DNA of 64,000 nucleotides, taken from Candidatus Poriferihabitaceae bacterium. GTDB lineage: Bacteria > Pseudomonadota > Gammaproteobacteria > Arenicellales > Poriferihabitantaceae. The first letter of the stretch is position 1. The number at the start of each line of letters is the position of its first letter. Positions 20,137-30,880 of this stretch are shown here, one piece after another. The stretch is from NCBI GenBank assembly GCA_965262585.1, contig OZ253546.1:1098547-1162546 (forward strand), given 5' to 3'. A program made the position numbers and the translations under genes. The notes below the pieces were generated by a model. It was not told where the DNA came from, searched no databases, and was given only the letters and a program-made list of their open reading frames with translations.

Positions 20137-22212
20137 ATGCCCGAAGCCGCGACAACCGAAGTCTGGCGCAACAGCGTCTGCCCCCACGATTGCCCTTCCG
20201 CCTGCGCATTGGAAGTCGAGAAACTCGCGGGCGGGGGAATTGGCCGTGTGCGCGGCAGCAAACACAACCCCTACACTGACGGCGTAATCTGCGCCAAAGT
20301 GTCGCGCTACGCCGAGCGGATTCACCACCCCGAACGGCTGATGCATCCGTTACGGCGAGTGGCGGGCAAGGGTGGTAAAACCGGCGGCGAAGCCAAATTT
20401 GCGCCCATCGGCTGGGACGACGCCCTCGATCTGGTGAGCGAAAAATTTCACGGCGCGAGTCAACAATTCGGCGCTGAAGCAGTGTGGCCCTATTATTACG
20501 GCGGCACCATGGGGCTGGTTCAACGAGACGGGGTTATGCGTCTGGTCAACGCCCTGGGCTATTCCGGTTTGCACAAAACCATCTGCGTGCAAATCGCCTA
20601 CGACGGCTGGGGCGCAGGCACCGGCGCGCTGCTCGGCGCGGATGGTCGGGAGATGGCAGAAAGCGACCTCATCGTAATCTGGGGTTGCAATGCCGCCGCC
20701 ACGCAAATCAATGTCATGCATCATGTCCACAAAGCGCGCAAACGCGGCGCCAAACTGGTGGTCATTGATCCATACCACAACGCCACCGCCAAAGTCGCCG
20801 ATATTCACCTCGCGCCACGCCCCGGAACCGACGGCGCGCTGGCTTGCGCGGTCATGCATCTGCTATTCCAAAACGGCCACGCCGACCGCGACTATCTCGC
20901 CCAATACAGCGATGACCCGGCGCGGTTGGAGCGCCACCTGCAATCCCGGGACGCCGACTGGGCGGCCAATATCACCGGCATCGATGCCGCGCAGATCCGC
21001 GAATTTGCCGAACTATATGGCGCCACCCGAAAAAGTTACATCCGTCTGGGGATAGGTTTTTCCCGCAGCCGCAACGGTGCGGTCAACACCCACGCGGTTT
21101 CCTGCTTGCCGGTGGTGAGCGGCGCATGGCAACAGCGTGGCGGCGGCGCGCTACTCGCCACTTCCGACTCGTTCCAACTCGATGAAGGGTTGATTCAAGG
21201 CGTGGGGTCTGGCGCGCGAATGCTTGATATGTCGCTAATCGGCCCGATTCTGTGCGGCGACCCCAGCGCGCTTCAAGGCGGCCCGCCGGTCAAGGCCATG
21301 TTGATTCAAAATACCAACCCCATGCTGGTGGCGCCGGACTTGGCAAGGGTGCGGGAAGGCTTGGGGCGCGAGGATTTATTTGTGTGCGTGCACGAGCAGT
21401 TTATGACCGAAACCGCGAACATGGCGGACTTGATTCTTCCGGCAACTATGTTTGTGGAGCACGACGATTTATACCGCAGTTACGGCCATACTTTTTTGCA
21501 GGTCGGCGAAAAAATCACCGAGCCGCCGGGGGAATGCCGCTCCAACCATCAAGTCATCAGCGCACTGGCGCAGCGGCTTGGGGCCGAACACGCGGGATTT
21601 TCGATGAGCGAACTGGAACTCGTCGATAAAACTCTGGCGCGCTCCGGCCGGCCGCCCAGGGAATCGTTCACCAACCAACATTTCATCGACTGCGCGCCAT
21701 CCTTCGAAGCGGCACACTTTCTAAACGGCTTCAACTGGCCGGACAAAAAATTCCGCTTCGCCCCGGATTGGTCGGCCATCGGGCCCTATGCCGGAGAAAT
21801 GCCCGCCCTGCCCGATCACTGGGATGTGATTGACAATACCTCCGCCGAACATCCATTGCGTCTGGTGGCGGCACCGTCTCGCGGCTACCTCAACAGCACT
21901 TTTACCCAATCCCCCTCATCGATTAAATATCAAAAATACCCACAACTAAAAATCAACCCGGCAACCGCCAAAAAATTCGGCATCACCGAAGGCCAAAAAG
22001 TGCGAGTCGGCAACCGCCGAGGCAGCGTCACGGTCACCGCCCGCTACATTGAAAACACCCAGGCCGACACCGTAGTAGTAGAAGGCATCTGGCCAGCCGC
22101 CGCCTTCCCCGAAGGCATCGGCATCAACCTACTAATCGACTCAGCCCCAGTAGCCCCCAACGGCGGCGCCGCATTCCACGATACCGCGGTTTGGGTGAAA
22201 GCGGTTGAGTGA
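20137..22212 (+). CDS. Molybdopterin (MopB-family) oxidoreductase, substrate unknown
   Basis: N-terminal 4Fe-4S motif CPHDCPSACAL, molybdopterin oxidoreductase core, and a C-terminal MopB_CT-like beta-barrel (VRVGNRRGSVTV). Confidence 0.8.
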   Translation: MPEAATTEVWRNSVCPHDCPSACALEVEKLAGGGIGRVRGSKHNPYTDGVICAKVSRYAERIHHPERLMHPLRRVAGKGGKTGGEAKFAPIGWDDALDLVSEKFHGASQQFGAEAVWPYYYGGTMGLVQRDGVMRLVNALGYSGLHKTICVQIAYDGWGAGTGALLGADGREMAESDLIVIWGCNAAATQINVMHHVHKARKRGAKLVVIDPYHNATAKVADIHLAPRPGTDGALACAVMHLLFQNGHADRDYLAQYSDDPARLERHLQSRDADWAANITGIDAAQIREFAELYGATRKSYIRLGIGFSRSRNGAVNTHAVSCLPVVSGAWQQRGGGALLATSDSFQLDEGLIQGVGSGARMLDMSLIGPILCGDPSALQGGPPVKAMLIQNTNPMLVAPDLARVREGLGREDLFVCVHEQFMTETANMADLILPATMFVEHDDLYRSYGHTFLQVGEKITEPPGECRSNHQVISALAQRLGAEHAGFSMSELELVDKTLARSGRPPRESFTNQHFIDCAPSFEAAHFLNGFNWPDKKFRFAPDWSAIGPYAGEMPALPDHWDVIDNTSAEHPLRLVAAPSRGYLNSTFTQSPSSIKYQKYPQLKINPATAKKFGITEGQKVRVGNRRGSVTVTARYIENTQADTVVVEGIWPAAAFPEGIGINLLIDSAPVAPNGGAAFHDTAVWVKAVE

Positions 22213-22250
22213 TAGTAAAAGCCGCCCGGCTTTTTCGGCCTTTTCGGAAG

Positions 22251-22653
22251 GGAGTCGGCTCTCGCCGGCATGTTGTACTGGATTCCCGTGTCCCCCAACT
22301 CGTCATTCCCGCTGTCGCGGAAATAACGACTTGGCGGCACGAGAATGACGGCGGTACGTCGTCATTCCCGAACGATAGAAAAATAAGGAGCGCCAGCGAC
22401 TATATTTTTCATCGTATCGGGAATCCAGAAGGCTAATAAAGAGTCGGCTGTCGCAGGAATGACGGGCCTGGGGAGTCGGCTGTCGCCGGCATGTTTTACT
22501 GGATTCCCGTGTCCCCCAATTCGTCATTCCCGCTGTCGCGTGAATAACGACTTGGCGGCACGAGAATGACGGCGGTACGTCGTCATTCCCGAACGATAGA
22601 AAAATAAGGCGCGCCAGCGACTATATTTTTCATCGTATCGGGAATCCAGAAGG
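22251..22653. repeat. Two near-identical ~183-bp direct repeats (22251-22433 and 22472-22653; period 221 bp) built from REP-type hairpins
   Basis: The two copies align by eye with only a few mismatches. Each contains ATTCCCG.../...CGGGAAT modules. They lie between the convergent Mo-oxidoreductase and dnaE genes. Confidence 0.9.
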
Positions 22654-22658
22654 TAAAT

Positions 22659-25600
22659 TTACCCCACTCGCGCAAGGCGTGGCGGGGCGGGTTTTGCGGT
22701 TGCGCCGTTTCTTAGGGGGGCGGTTTCGTATTCGAATTTAAGGTGTTCGCTGCCAACTAGTTTGGTTAGGGCGTCTATTACTTTTCGGGAGGGGTGCACG
22801 GTCCAGTCGCGGCCCGGTTGTATGGTTCCGATTTCGCCTGATGTGCGTTGGTAGTGGAGGGTGACTTCGACTGCGCCGCCGCGTGCGGCGTGTAGGGTTG
22901 CGCGGATGTTTTTTAGGGTGGCGGCGTCCAGATGTTCTTCGGTGAGGTGGAGGTGGATGCGTCGTAGGCAGTCGTTTCTGAAGGCGTCGAGGTCGGCCAC
23001 CGCGGCGGCGCGCAACTGCACTCCGCCGGAGTATTCATCGAGGCCGAATTCGCCGTATACCACCAGCACGTTGTCCTTTTGCAAAATTGGCCGGTGGTGT
23101 TTGTATTGTTCCGAATACAAAATCACTTCGACGCGCTCGCTGCCATTGTCCAGCGTGACGAAGCCCATTTTTCCACGGCGCGTGTTGACGGCGCGCATGG
23201 TGAACACCAGACCGGCGAATATTCCGTTTTTCGGCGTTTTCAAATCCATTGAACCGACTTCCTTTTGCGCGACTCCGTCCAGTTCGGCGCGGTATCGGGT
23301 ATACGGGTGGCCGGTTAGATACAACCCCAGGGTGGCCTTTTCCGCCGCCAGTCTTTGCCATTCGCTCCACGCTTCGACGCCGCGTCCGGATGGCGGGGCG
23401 GCGGGTGCTTCCACCGCGCCAAACAAGTCCTTCTGGCCGGTTGTCTGGCTGGTCAAGTGTTGTTCCGCGGCTTGCAGGGCGTTGTCGATGTCCGCTATCA
23501 ACGCCGCCCGGTGGGCACCGAGCGCGTCCATCGCCCCGCTCTTGACCAACGCTTCCAGCACGCCCTTGTTCACCGCCCCGGCGGGCAAGCGTCGGCATAA
23601 ATCGAACAGGTCGCGGAATGTGCCGCCGCTTTCCCGTTCGCGTTCGATGGTCGTGCATACCGACTTGCCGACTCCCTTCACCGCGCCCATCCCGTACAAA
23701 ATAATGCGTTCGTCGGTGGGCCTGAAACCGTGGGCGCAGGTGTTGATGTCGGGTGGCCGCACATCCAGACCGAGTTCTTTACATTCGGTCAGCAGCGACA
23801 CCACCTTGTCGGTGTTGTCGAGTTCCGCCGACAAGGTCGCCGCCATGTAGGCCGCCGGGTGATGCGCTTTCAACCACGCGGTGTGATACGCCACCAGCGC
23901 GTAAGCCACCGAGTGGGATTTGTTAAATCCGTAACCGGCGAATTTCTCCATGAGTTGGAAAATGCGCTCGGCGACTGCGGGTTTGACGCCGCGCTCCACG
24001 GCGCCTTTTTGGAAAACATCGTGCTGCTGGCTCATGCCTTCCGCCTTCTTTTTACCCATGGCAACGCGCAGCAAGTCGGAGCCGCCCAGGGTGTAGCCGG
24101 CCAGCACTTGAGCGATTTGCATCACTTGTTCCTGATAGATGATTACGCCGTAAGTGGATTCGAGAATCGGCGCGAGGCCATCGTGGAGGTAGGTGATGGT
24201 TTCGCGGCCGTGCTTTCGGTTGATGAAGTCATCCACCATGCCCGACTGCAGGGGCCCGGGACGATACAACGCCACCAACGCCACCAGATCGTCGAATTTA
24301 TCCGGCAACAGGCGCACGATTAACTCGCGGATGCCACGGGATTCAATCTGAAAAATCGCCGTGGTGCGGCCGCTGCGGATTAACTTGAACGCTTCCGGGT
24401 CGTCGAGGGGCAACTTAGCCATGTCGAGGTCGGGTTCGTTGTCGAGGCGTTTTTGTTGGTTGATCATCTTGACCGCGCCGTCAATGATGGTCAGGGTTCG
24501 CAGCCCAAGAAAATCGAACTTCACCAAGCCGACTGCTTCGAGGTCGTCCTTGTCTAACTGGGTGATGGCTTGGCCGAGATGGCGGTCGGTATACAGGGGC
24601 GTGTATTCGCTGAGTGCGCGCGGGGCGATGACTACTCCGCCGGCGTGGGTGCTGACATTGCGGGCGATTCCTTCCAGTTGCATGGCGTTGTCAATCAATT
24701 CCTGAATTTCGGGCTCATCCCGGTAGCGGCGGCCGAGCAGTTCTTCATCTTTCATGGCTTTTTTCAGGGTAATGCCAATCTCGAACGGAATCAGTTTGGC
24801 GACTTGATCGACGAATCCGTAGGGCAAGCCCATCACCCGCCCGACATCGCGCACCGCGGCTTTGGCGGCCATGGTGCCGAAAGTGATGATCTGCGCCACT
24901 TGATCGCGGCCATATCGATCGGCGACATATTCGATAACCCGGTCGCGGCCTTCGACGCAAAAGTCGATGTCAAAATCCGGCAATGAAACCCTTTCCGGGT
25001 TGAGAAAGCGTTCGAACAGCAAGCCGTAAAGCAGCGGGTCGAGTTCGGTGATGCCGGTCGCCCACGCCACCAGCGAACCGGCGCCAGAACCGCGTCCGGG
25101 GCCGACCGGAATATCGTGGTTTTTGGCCCAGCGAATGAAGTCGGCGACTATTAAGAAATAGCCCGGATAACCCATTTCCGAAATAACCCCAAGTTCCATG
25201 TTGAGGCGGGCGATGTAGTCTTCGCCCACCAACTCGGTGCCGTCTTCGCCCTGCAATCGTTCCACTCCGAGTCGCCCGCACAATCCTTCTTCGGCTTGGC
25301 GGCGCAGTATCTGGTCGACCGGATCATCGGCGGCGTCGGGATAATTCGGCAGGAAGTTCTTGGTGAAATCAAAAAACAGGTTGCAGCGTTTGGCGATTTC
25401 CACGGTGTTGTGGATGGCTTCGGGAAGGTCGGCGAATAACGCGACCATCTCTTCGCCGCTGCGCAGATATTGTTGCGGGGTAAAGCGGCGCGTGCGTCGT
25501 GAGTCTTGCAACACTCGACCATCGTGGATGCACACGCGAATCTCGTGGGCGTCGAATTCCTTGGCGGCGATGAACTCGACCCGGTTGGTTGCCACAAGGC

Positions 25601-26204
25601 CGATGCCGTTGGCTGCCGCAAGCCGCGCGGCGCGGCGGATATAATCTTGTTCCCCGGTATGGCCGATGCGGCTGACTTGCAAATACAATCGGTCGCCGAA
25701 TAAGTTTAAGTATTTTTCCAGCACTGGCGCGGCGGCTTGTTGGTCGGCTTGCCCATCCCCTTGTTTACCACCTTGCCCGAACAACCCGGCCAGCGGCCCC
25801 TCGTGGTCATCGAACAATACCAGCAGGCCGTCGTGCAACGCTTCGAGATCCGCCCAGGCGATGATTACTTTGTCCCTGCGCTCCCGTAGGTAGGCGTTGG
25901 TCAGCAGTTTGCCGAGGTTGCGGTAGCCACGGTTGTCGAGGCACAGCAGGATCATGCGTTCGGCTTCGCCGCCGGAAGATAACGGATGCTCCACCCACAC
26001 ATCGCAGCCCACCAGCGGCTTCACTCCGGCGGCCAGACAGGCCCGGTAGAACTTGATTACGCCGTGCACATTGGACAGATCGGTCAGCGCCACCGCCGGC
26101 AGGCCGTGGTGCGCCGAGATCGATGCCAGCGGCGCGAGGCGCACGATGCCGTCCGCCAGCGAATACTCCGAGTGGACGTGAAGATGAACGAAGCCGGCGC
26201 TCAT
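22659..26204 (-). CDS. dnaE: DNA polymerase III alpha subunit
   Basis: 1181 aa. PHP domain [11 protein letters not shown], polymerase core ([20 protein letters not shown]) and a C-terminal OB-fold. Confidence 0.98.
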   Translation of the reverse strand: MSAGFVHLHVHSEYSLADGIVRLAPLASISAHHGLPAVALTDLSNVHGVIKFYRACLAAGVKPLVGCDVWVEHPLSSGGEAERMILLCLDNRGYRNLGKLLTNAYLRERRDKVIIAWADLEALHDGLLVLFDDHEGPLAGLFGQGGKQGDGQADQQAAAPVLEKYLNLFGDRLYLQVSRIGHTGEQDYIRRAARLAAANGIGLVATNRVEFIAAKEFDAHEIRVCIHDGRVLQDSRRTRRFTPQQYLRSGEEMVALFADLPEAIHNTVEIAKRCNLFFDFTKNFLPNYPDAADDPVDQILRRQAEEGLCGRLGVERLQGEDGTELVGEDYIARLNMELGVISEMGYPGYFLIVADFIRWAKNHDIPVGPGRGSGAGSLVAWATGITELDPLLYGLLFERFLNPERVSLPDFDIDFCVEGRDRVIEYVADRYGRDQVAQIITFGTMAAKAAVRDVGRVMGLPYGFVDQVAKLIPFEIGITLKKAMKDEELLGRRYRDEPEIQELIDNAMQLEGIARNVSTHAGGVVIAPRALSEYTPLYTDRHLGQAITQLDKDDLEAVGLVKFDFLGLRTLTIIDGAVKMINQQKRLDNEPDLDMAKLPLDDPEAFKLIRSGRTTAIFQIESRGIRELIVRLLPDKFDDLVALVALYRPGPLQSGMVDDFINRKHGRETITYLHDGLAPILESTYGVIIYQEQVMQIAQVLAGYTLGGSDLLRVAMGKKKAEGMSQQHDVFQKGAVERGVKPAVAERIFQLMEKFAGYGFNKSHSVAYALVAYHTAWLKAHHPAAYMAATLSAELDNTDKVVSLLTECKELGLDVRPPDINTCAHGFRPTDERIILYGMGAVKGVGKSVCTTIERERESGGTFRDLFDLCRRLPAGAVNKGVLEALVKSGAMDALGAHRAALIADIDNALQAAEQHLTSQTTGQKDLFGAVEAPAAPPSGRGVEAWSEWQRLAAEKATLGLYLTGHPYTRYRAELDGVAQKEVGSMDLKTPKNGIFAGLVFTMRAVNTRRGKMGFVTLDNGSERVEVILYSEQYKHHRPILQKDNVLVVYGEFGLDEYSGGVQLRAAAVADLDAFRNDCLRRIHLHLTEEHLDAATLKNIRATLHAARGGAVEVTLHYQRTSGEIGTIQPGRDWTVHPSRKVIDALTKLVGSEHLKFEYETAPLRNGATAKPAPPRLARVG

Positions 26205-26776
26205 ACCGCAATCAACCGCCGCACCGGTGCGTAACTGCGCCGGTGGTGAATGCTGATGCCGTGACGCTCCAGTGCCTCGAGGTGGACGCGGGTGGGATAG
26301 CCTTTGTGGCGTTCGAAACCGTATTGCGGATAAACCACGGCAAGTGCGGTCATGCGCCGGTCTCTATCCTGCTTGGCGAGGATGGAGGCGGCGGAAATTT
26401 GCGCGTGGATGCCGTCTCCGCCCACTACCGCCTCCCCCGGACACGGCAACTTCGGCAGTTGGTTGCCATCCACCAACGCCGCTGAGGGAACGATGCCGAG
26501 CGCGGCAACCGCTCGCTGCATGGCGAGTAGGGTTGCTTGGAGGATGTTTAGCGCATCGATTTCGGCAACGCTGGCGCTGGCTACCGCCCAGTGTCGGGCT
26601 TTCTTCTTTATCTCGCGCTCCAGCACGGCGCGGCGTGCCGGGGAAAGTTTTTTCGAATCATCGAGCCCGGCGATGGGCGCGCCCGGGTCGAGCACCACCG
26701 CCGCTGCCACCACCGGGCCGGCGAGGGGCCCCCGTCCCGCTTCATCAATTCCGGCAATCAACTGATGCTCGTTCAT
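26201..26776 (-). CDS. rnhB: Ribonuclease HII
   Basis: [17 protein letters not shown] and DDSKKL motifs. The ATG at 26776 overlaps the lpxB stop (ATGA), and the rnhB stop overlaps the dnaE start. Confidence 0.9.
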   Translation of the reverse strand: MNEHQLIAGIDEAGRGPLAGPVVAAAVVLDPGAPIAGLDDSKKLSPARRAVLEREIKKKARHWAVASASVAEIDALNILQATLLAMQRAVAALGIVPSAALVDGNQLPKLPCPGEAVVGGDGIHAQISAASILAKQDRDRRMTALAVVYPQYGFERHKGYPTRVHLEALERHGISIHHRRSYAPVRRLIAV

Positions 26777-27948
26777 GCCCGCGCACCAGCCCCGGCGGCG
26801 GCAAGCACCGCATCCGCGGCAAGGTCGTTGGCGCCGCGCTTTAACCGCCCATGCAAGTCGGCGAAATGCTCCTCTAATTTCGCCATTCGCTGCGGATCCC
26901 CCAGCAGCGCATCGGCGTGCCGTGCGAGGTTGGCGGCGGTGGCTTGGTGTTGAATGAGTTCCGGGATCATCGGCGTGGGCAGCAGTTGGTTTGGCATTGA
27001 ATAGTACTCCACCTGCCGTAGTTGCCGCATCAGCCAATAACTGAACGGAGATAGTTTGTAAGCCACGATATGCGGACGGCGCAGCAACGCCGCCTCCAGC
27101 GCCGCGGTTCCGGACGCCACCAGCGCGATGTCGCAGGCCTCCAGCGCCAGTTGCGAATGGCCGTCCAGCGTGTGCAACGGCAAGCCATCGAGGTCGCCGC
27201 AGACGCGGGCAAATTCGGCGGCGGCGGCGCGCCCGGCAAAGGGCAGCACAAACCGCGCTTCGGGATGGCGTTTGAGAATGCGCCGTGCTGCCGCGATAAA
27301 CACGCCACCCAAGCGGCGGATTTCGCTTCGGCGGCTGCCGGGCAGCAGGGCGATGAGTGGGCCTTCGCCGAGTGGGACTTCACCTAAATCCAACCGGAGT
27401 CGGGCGGCGGCGCGGTCGGGCTGGGAGATTTCATCGGCCATGGGATGGCCTACGCAGGTTACCGGCACGCGGTGTTTTCGGTAGTAGTCGGCTTCAAAGG
27501 GAAACAAAGTCAGCATGTGGTCGACGGCGCGGCGGATTTTGTGGATGCGGTATCCGCGCCACGCCCACACGGTGGGGCTGACATAGTGAACGCAGGGGAT
27601 GTTGCGGCGTTTCAGTTTGCGCTCCAGGGCGAGGTTGAAGTCCGGCGCATCGACGCCCACGAATACATCGGGGCGTTCGGCGGTGAAATGCGCCACCAGA
27701 CGGCGGCGGATTTTCAGGATGTTCGGCAACTGGCGCAGCAGGCCGTCCAGCCCGATGACGCCGATGCCGCCCATGTCATACAACAGATGGCAGCCGGCTT
27801 CGGCCATTTGCGGCCCGCCGACTCCGACAAAACAACTATCGGGGGCGCGCGCTTTGATTGCCTGAATAAGCCCCGCCGCCAGCCGGTCGCCGGAGGCCTC
27901 GACGGCGACCACGGCAACCCGGACACCGCGCCCGTCCATAGTCGCCAT
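26773..27948 (-). CDS. lpxB: Lipid-A-disaccharide synthase
   Basis: N-terminus [20 protein letters not shown]19-family pattern, and the canonical position after lpxA. Confidence 0.92.
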   Translation of the reverse strand: MATMDGRGVRVAVVAVEASGDRLAAGLIQAIKARAPDSCFVGVGGPQMAEAGCHLLYDMGGIGVIGLDGLLRQLPNILKIRRRLVAHFTAERPDVFVGVDAPDFNLALERKLKRRNIPCVHYVSPTVWAWRGYRIHKIRRAVDHMLTLFPFEADYYRKHRVPVTCVGHPMADEISQPDRAAARLRLDLGEVPLGEGPLIALLPGSRRSEIRRLGGVFIAAARRILKRHPEARFVLPFAGRAAAAEFARVCGDLDGLPLHTLDGHSQLALEACDIALVASGTAALEAALLRRPHIVAYKLSPFSYWLMRQLRQVEYYSMPNQLLPTPMIPELIQHQATAANLARHADALLGDPQRMAKLEEHFADLHGRLKRGANDLAADAVLAAAGAGARA

Positions 27949-27956
27949 GGTTGTAT

Positions 27957-28733
27957 TTAGCGAATGATGCCGCGTTCGGAGCGGCGCAGGAAATCACACA
28001 GCACCGCCACTTCCGAACTGCCGTGGCCGATGTTTTCGATGGCGGCGATGGCGGATTGGAAATCGAGGTTGCTGCGGTATAACAGGCGGTATGCTTTTTT
28101 CAGCAGGGCGATGGTGGGTTCTTGATAGTCCCGGCGCCGCAGACCTTTGACATTGATGCCGAACGGCGCGGCGGTGTGGCCGGCGGCGATGATGTAGGGC
28201 GGCACATCCTGAAAGCACACCGCGCCGATTCCGGTGATGCAATGAGCGCCGACTTTGCAGTATTGATGCACCAGCGAAAATCCGCCCATGATGGCGTAAT
28301 CGCCGACCTCAACATGGCCGGCGAGGCTGGCGCCGTTGGCGAATATGATATGCCGACCGAGGGTGCAGTCGTGGGCGATGTGGGCGTAGGCCATGATGAA
28401 GTTGTCGTCGCCGAGGGTGGTGACGCCGAGGCCGTCGGCGGTGCCACGGTTGAGCGTGCAGTATTCGCGGATGGTGTTGCGGTCGCCGATTTGCAGGCGG
28501 GTCGGCTCGCCACGATAGTCCTGATGCTGGGGCGCTTCGCCGATGGAGCAAAACTGGAAAATCCGGCAGTGCGCGCCGATGGTGGTGTGATTGCGGATGA
28601 CCGTGTGCGGCCCGATCTGGGTGTGGTCGCCGATCACCACTCCTTTTTCGATGATGGAAAACGGATCAACGACCACGCCGTCGCCGAGTTCCGCTCCCGC
28701 ATCGACTATCGCGCTGGGATGAATGCGGGGCAT
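27957..28733 (-). CDS. lpxA: Acyl-ACP--UDP-N-acetylglucosamine O-acyltransferase
   Basis: IHPSAIVD start and left-handed beta-helix hexapeptide repeats. The ATG at 28733 lies just downstream of the fabZ stop. Confidence 0.92.
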   Translation of the reverse strand: MPRIHPSAIVDAGAELGDGVVVDPFSIIEKGVVIGDHTQIGPHTVIRNHTTIGAHCRIFQFCSIGEAPQHQDYRGEPTRLQIGDRNTIREYCTLNRGTADGLGVTTLGDDNFIMAYAHIAHDCTLGRHIIFANGASLAGHVEVGDYAIMGGFSLVHQYCKVGAHCITGIGAVCFQDVPPYIIAAGHTAAPFGINVKGLRRRDYQEPTIALLKKAYRLLYRSNLDFQSAIAAIENIGHGSSEVAVLCDFLRRSERGIIR

Positions 28734-28738
28734 TGCGC

Positions 28739-29191
28739 TCAGACTCTGCGGTAGGTGAAGAGGATATCGGCGACGGCGCACAGGCTGCCATCCACCGAGG
28801 CGCGACCGGCATATTTCCACACCTTGTTTTTGCTGTGCGTTTCGCTAACATCGATGAGCAACTGGTCGCCGGGCTCCACTGGCCGCTTGAAGCGCGCCTT
28901 GTCGATACCGGCGAATAAAAAGATGGTGTTTTCATCGGGCTCTTCGTTCAGCCCACGGCTGGCGAGGATGGCCGAGGCTTGCGCGATGGCTTCGAGTATC
29001 AGCACTCCGGGGAACACCGGGCGTGCCGGGAAGTGTCCCTGAAAAAAAGGCTCGTTCACCGTGACATTTTTTATCGCCCGCAATGTGGTGTGAAGTTCGT
29101 AATCCAACACCCGGTCGATCAGCAAAAACGGATAGCGATGGGGCAAGATCTTGCGGATCTCGTGAATATCAATACGGTTGCTTTCAGTCAT
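28739..29191 (-). CDS. fabZ: 3-hydroxyacyl-ACP dehydratase
   Basis: ILPHRYPFLLIDRV and GHFP...PVFPGVLILEA motifs. Confidence 0.96.
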   Translation of the reverse strand: MTESNRIDIHEIRKILPHRYPFLLIDRVLDYELHTTLRAIKNVTVNEPFFQGHFPARPVFPGVLILEAIAQASAILASRGLNEEPDENTIFLFAGIDKARFKRPVEPGDQLLIDVSETHSKNKVWKYAGRASVDGSLCAVADILFTYRRV

Positions 29192-29199
29192 TATTTTAT

Positions 29200-30282
29200 T
29201 TACGGGTTCTTTGTGTTTGGGGCGCGTTTTCCCAATGCCTTCACTTTTTCCGCCAGTTCTTCGAGGCGGTGCATCTGGGCTACGGTCTTACGCCATCGCG
29301 CGGCGGGTTGCACCGGTATCATGGATGAATAAACTCCCGCTTCGGTGAGCGAGCCGGAGACGAAACTGTCGGCGTTGATGATGACATCATCGGCGATTTC
29401 CAAGTGGCCGAGAATCGCGGCGCGCCCGCCGAGGCGGCAACGCTTGCCGATGATCGCGCTACCGGCGATGGCCACGCAACCGGCCATGGCGGTATGATCG
29501 CCGACCTGCACGTTATGCGCAATCTGAATATGGTTGTCGAGTTTAACGCCGTTACCGATTACGGTGTTGTCGATAGCCCCGCGATCGATGGTGGTGTTGG
29601 CGCCGATGTCCACCTCATCGCCGATGATCACCCCGCCGAGTTGTTCGATGCGCAGCCATTCGCCTTGATTTTGGTCGCCTTGCTTTTGGCACGAATTTTC
29701 GACATAGCCGAATCCGCCGGAACCAATCACCACTCCCGATGCAAGGTTGCAGCGTTTGCCGATGCGGGTGCGCGGGCCGATGTGAACGCCGGAGTCGAGG
29801 ATGGTGTGGCGTCCGAGCACGCAGTCATCGCCCACTGAACCGTGGCTGCCGATGACCACCCCCGCCTCGATGCGGGTATTTTCGCCGATGACGCTATAGG
29901 CGCCGATGGATGCATCCGCGTGCACCGATGCCGAAGCGGCGACGATTGCGCTCGGATGAATTGGGTCGGCGGCTTTGCGCGGTGGCACAAACAAGACGCT
30001 GACCCGGGCATACGCGAGATAGGGATCGGCGACGATCACCTTAAAACCGGCAAACAGCCCGGCGTGCTCGGCGCGCAACATCACCGCACCGGCGGCGGTG
30101 GCTTTCAGTTTGGATTCCTGTCGGGGGTCGGCGTAGAACGCCAGCGAATCACCGGCGGCGTTTTCTAAACTGCTGAGGGTTTTTACTCGAAACGCGCCAT
30201 CGCCGTCCACCCGTCCGCCGGTTACTTCCGCAACCCGCCCCAAGTCGATCACTGTCCGCGCGTCCGGCGGCGGGCCGGGCAA
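29200..30282 (-). CDS. lpxD: UDP-3-O-acylglucosamine N-acyltransferase
   Basis: Hexapeptide-repeat protein between skp and fabZ. The start is uncertain: TTG at 30282 or GTG at 30252. Confidence 0.9.
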   Translation of the reverse strand: MPGPPPDARTVIDLGRVAEVTGGRVDGDGAFRVKTLSSLENAAGDSLAFYADPRQESKLKATAAGAVMLRAEHAGLFAGFKVIVADPYLAYARVSVLFVPPRKAADPIHPSAIVAASASVHADASIGAYSVIGENTRIEAGVVIGSHGSVGDDCVLGRHTILDSGVHIGPRTRIGKRCNLASGVVIGSGGFGYVENSCQKQGDQNQGEWLRIEQLGGVIIGDEVDIGANTTIDRGAIDNTVIGNGVKLDNHIQIAHNVQVGDHTAMAGCVAIAGSAIIGKRCRLGGRAAILGHLEIADDVIINADSFVSGSLTEAGVYSSMIPVQPAARWRKTVAQMHRLEELAEKVKALGKRAPNTKNP

Positions 30283-30322
30283 TCAGTCGCCGGGGAATGC
30301 GCGGACGCCATGCTCGGTGTGC

Positions 30323-30853
30323 CTACTCTTTATACCGCTTCTTGAGCGCGGTGAGCACTCGCTCGGTGAAGTCGATGCTCGGGTTGGTGTAGACCGCTTG
30401 CTGAAACACCACATCCAGTTCCTCCTGCTTGGCTACCACGACTATGACCTCGGTGATGATTTTTTCCAGTTTATCGAGGTGTTGATTTCGCCGCCGTTCG
30501 TAGTCTTCTTTGTATTCACGCTGGGCGCGCGCCAGTTGCCGTTGCAATTCTTGCAGGTCGGCGCTCTTGTCGCGCAGTTCCTCGGCGCTCAGCAACACGG
30601 CGTTTTTTTCCAGATCGTCCTGCCCGGCTTTAAATACCTCGACCCGGCCATTCAGTTCGCGGTTGCGCTCGGCAAATTCCGCTTCTAGTTGTTCGGCGAT
30701 GTCGCGGCCCTGAGGTGCTTGTTCAATCAAGCGTCGGGCGTCCACATAGCCTATGCCACCGGCCGTGGCGGTGCTCATCGCCATCATCGCCGCCATCATC
30801 ACTGCCGGTATCGTGACCGGCAAAAAATTTCTAAAAAATCGCAAGTTCATCAT
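30323..30853 (-). CDS. skp: Periplasmic chaperone Skp (OmpH)
   Basis: Signal peptide plus a coiled-coil, Lys/Glu-rich 176-aa protein located directly after bamA. Confidence 0.85.
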   Translation of the reverse strand: MMNLRFFRNFLPVTIPAVMMAAMMAMSTATAGGIGYVDARRLIEQAPQGRDIAEQLEAEFAERNRELNGRVEVFKAGQDDLEKNAVLLSAEELRDKSADLQELQRQLARAQREYKEDYERRRNQHLDKLEKIITEVIVVVAKQEELDVVFQQAVYTNPSIDFTERVLTALKKRYKE

Positions 30854-30880
30854 CCTTCAATAAATGTTAAGACCGCCGGG

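Noticed and set aside
22209-22527. Small ORFs at 22209-22436, 22303-22527, 43253-43636, 56382-56579 and 861-1202
   Set aside because: They are encoded by REP-type repeats (peptides such as LDSRFRGND and IPAYAGMT) and are repeat artefacts rather than genes.
26777-27037. N-terminal extensions in the ORF track for rnhB (to 27037), lpxA (to 28820), the SPOR protein (to 17345), the permease (from 42275), the NHase accessory protein (to 53753) and the AbiJ-like gene (from 62756)
   Set aside because: The extensions overlap the upstream gene or intergenic sequence, are Arg-rich or nonsense-like, and are preceded by better internal ATG starts that give family-typical N-termini.
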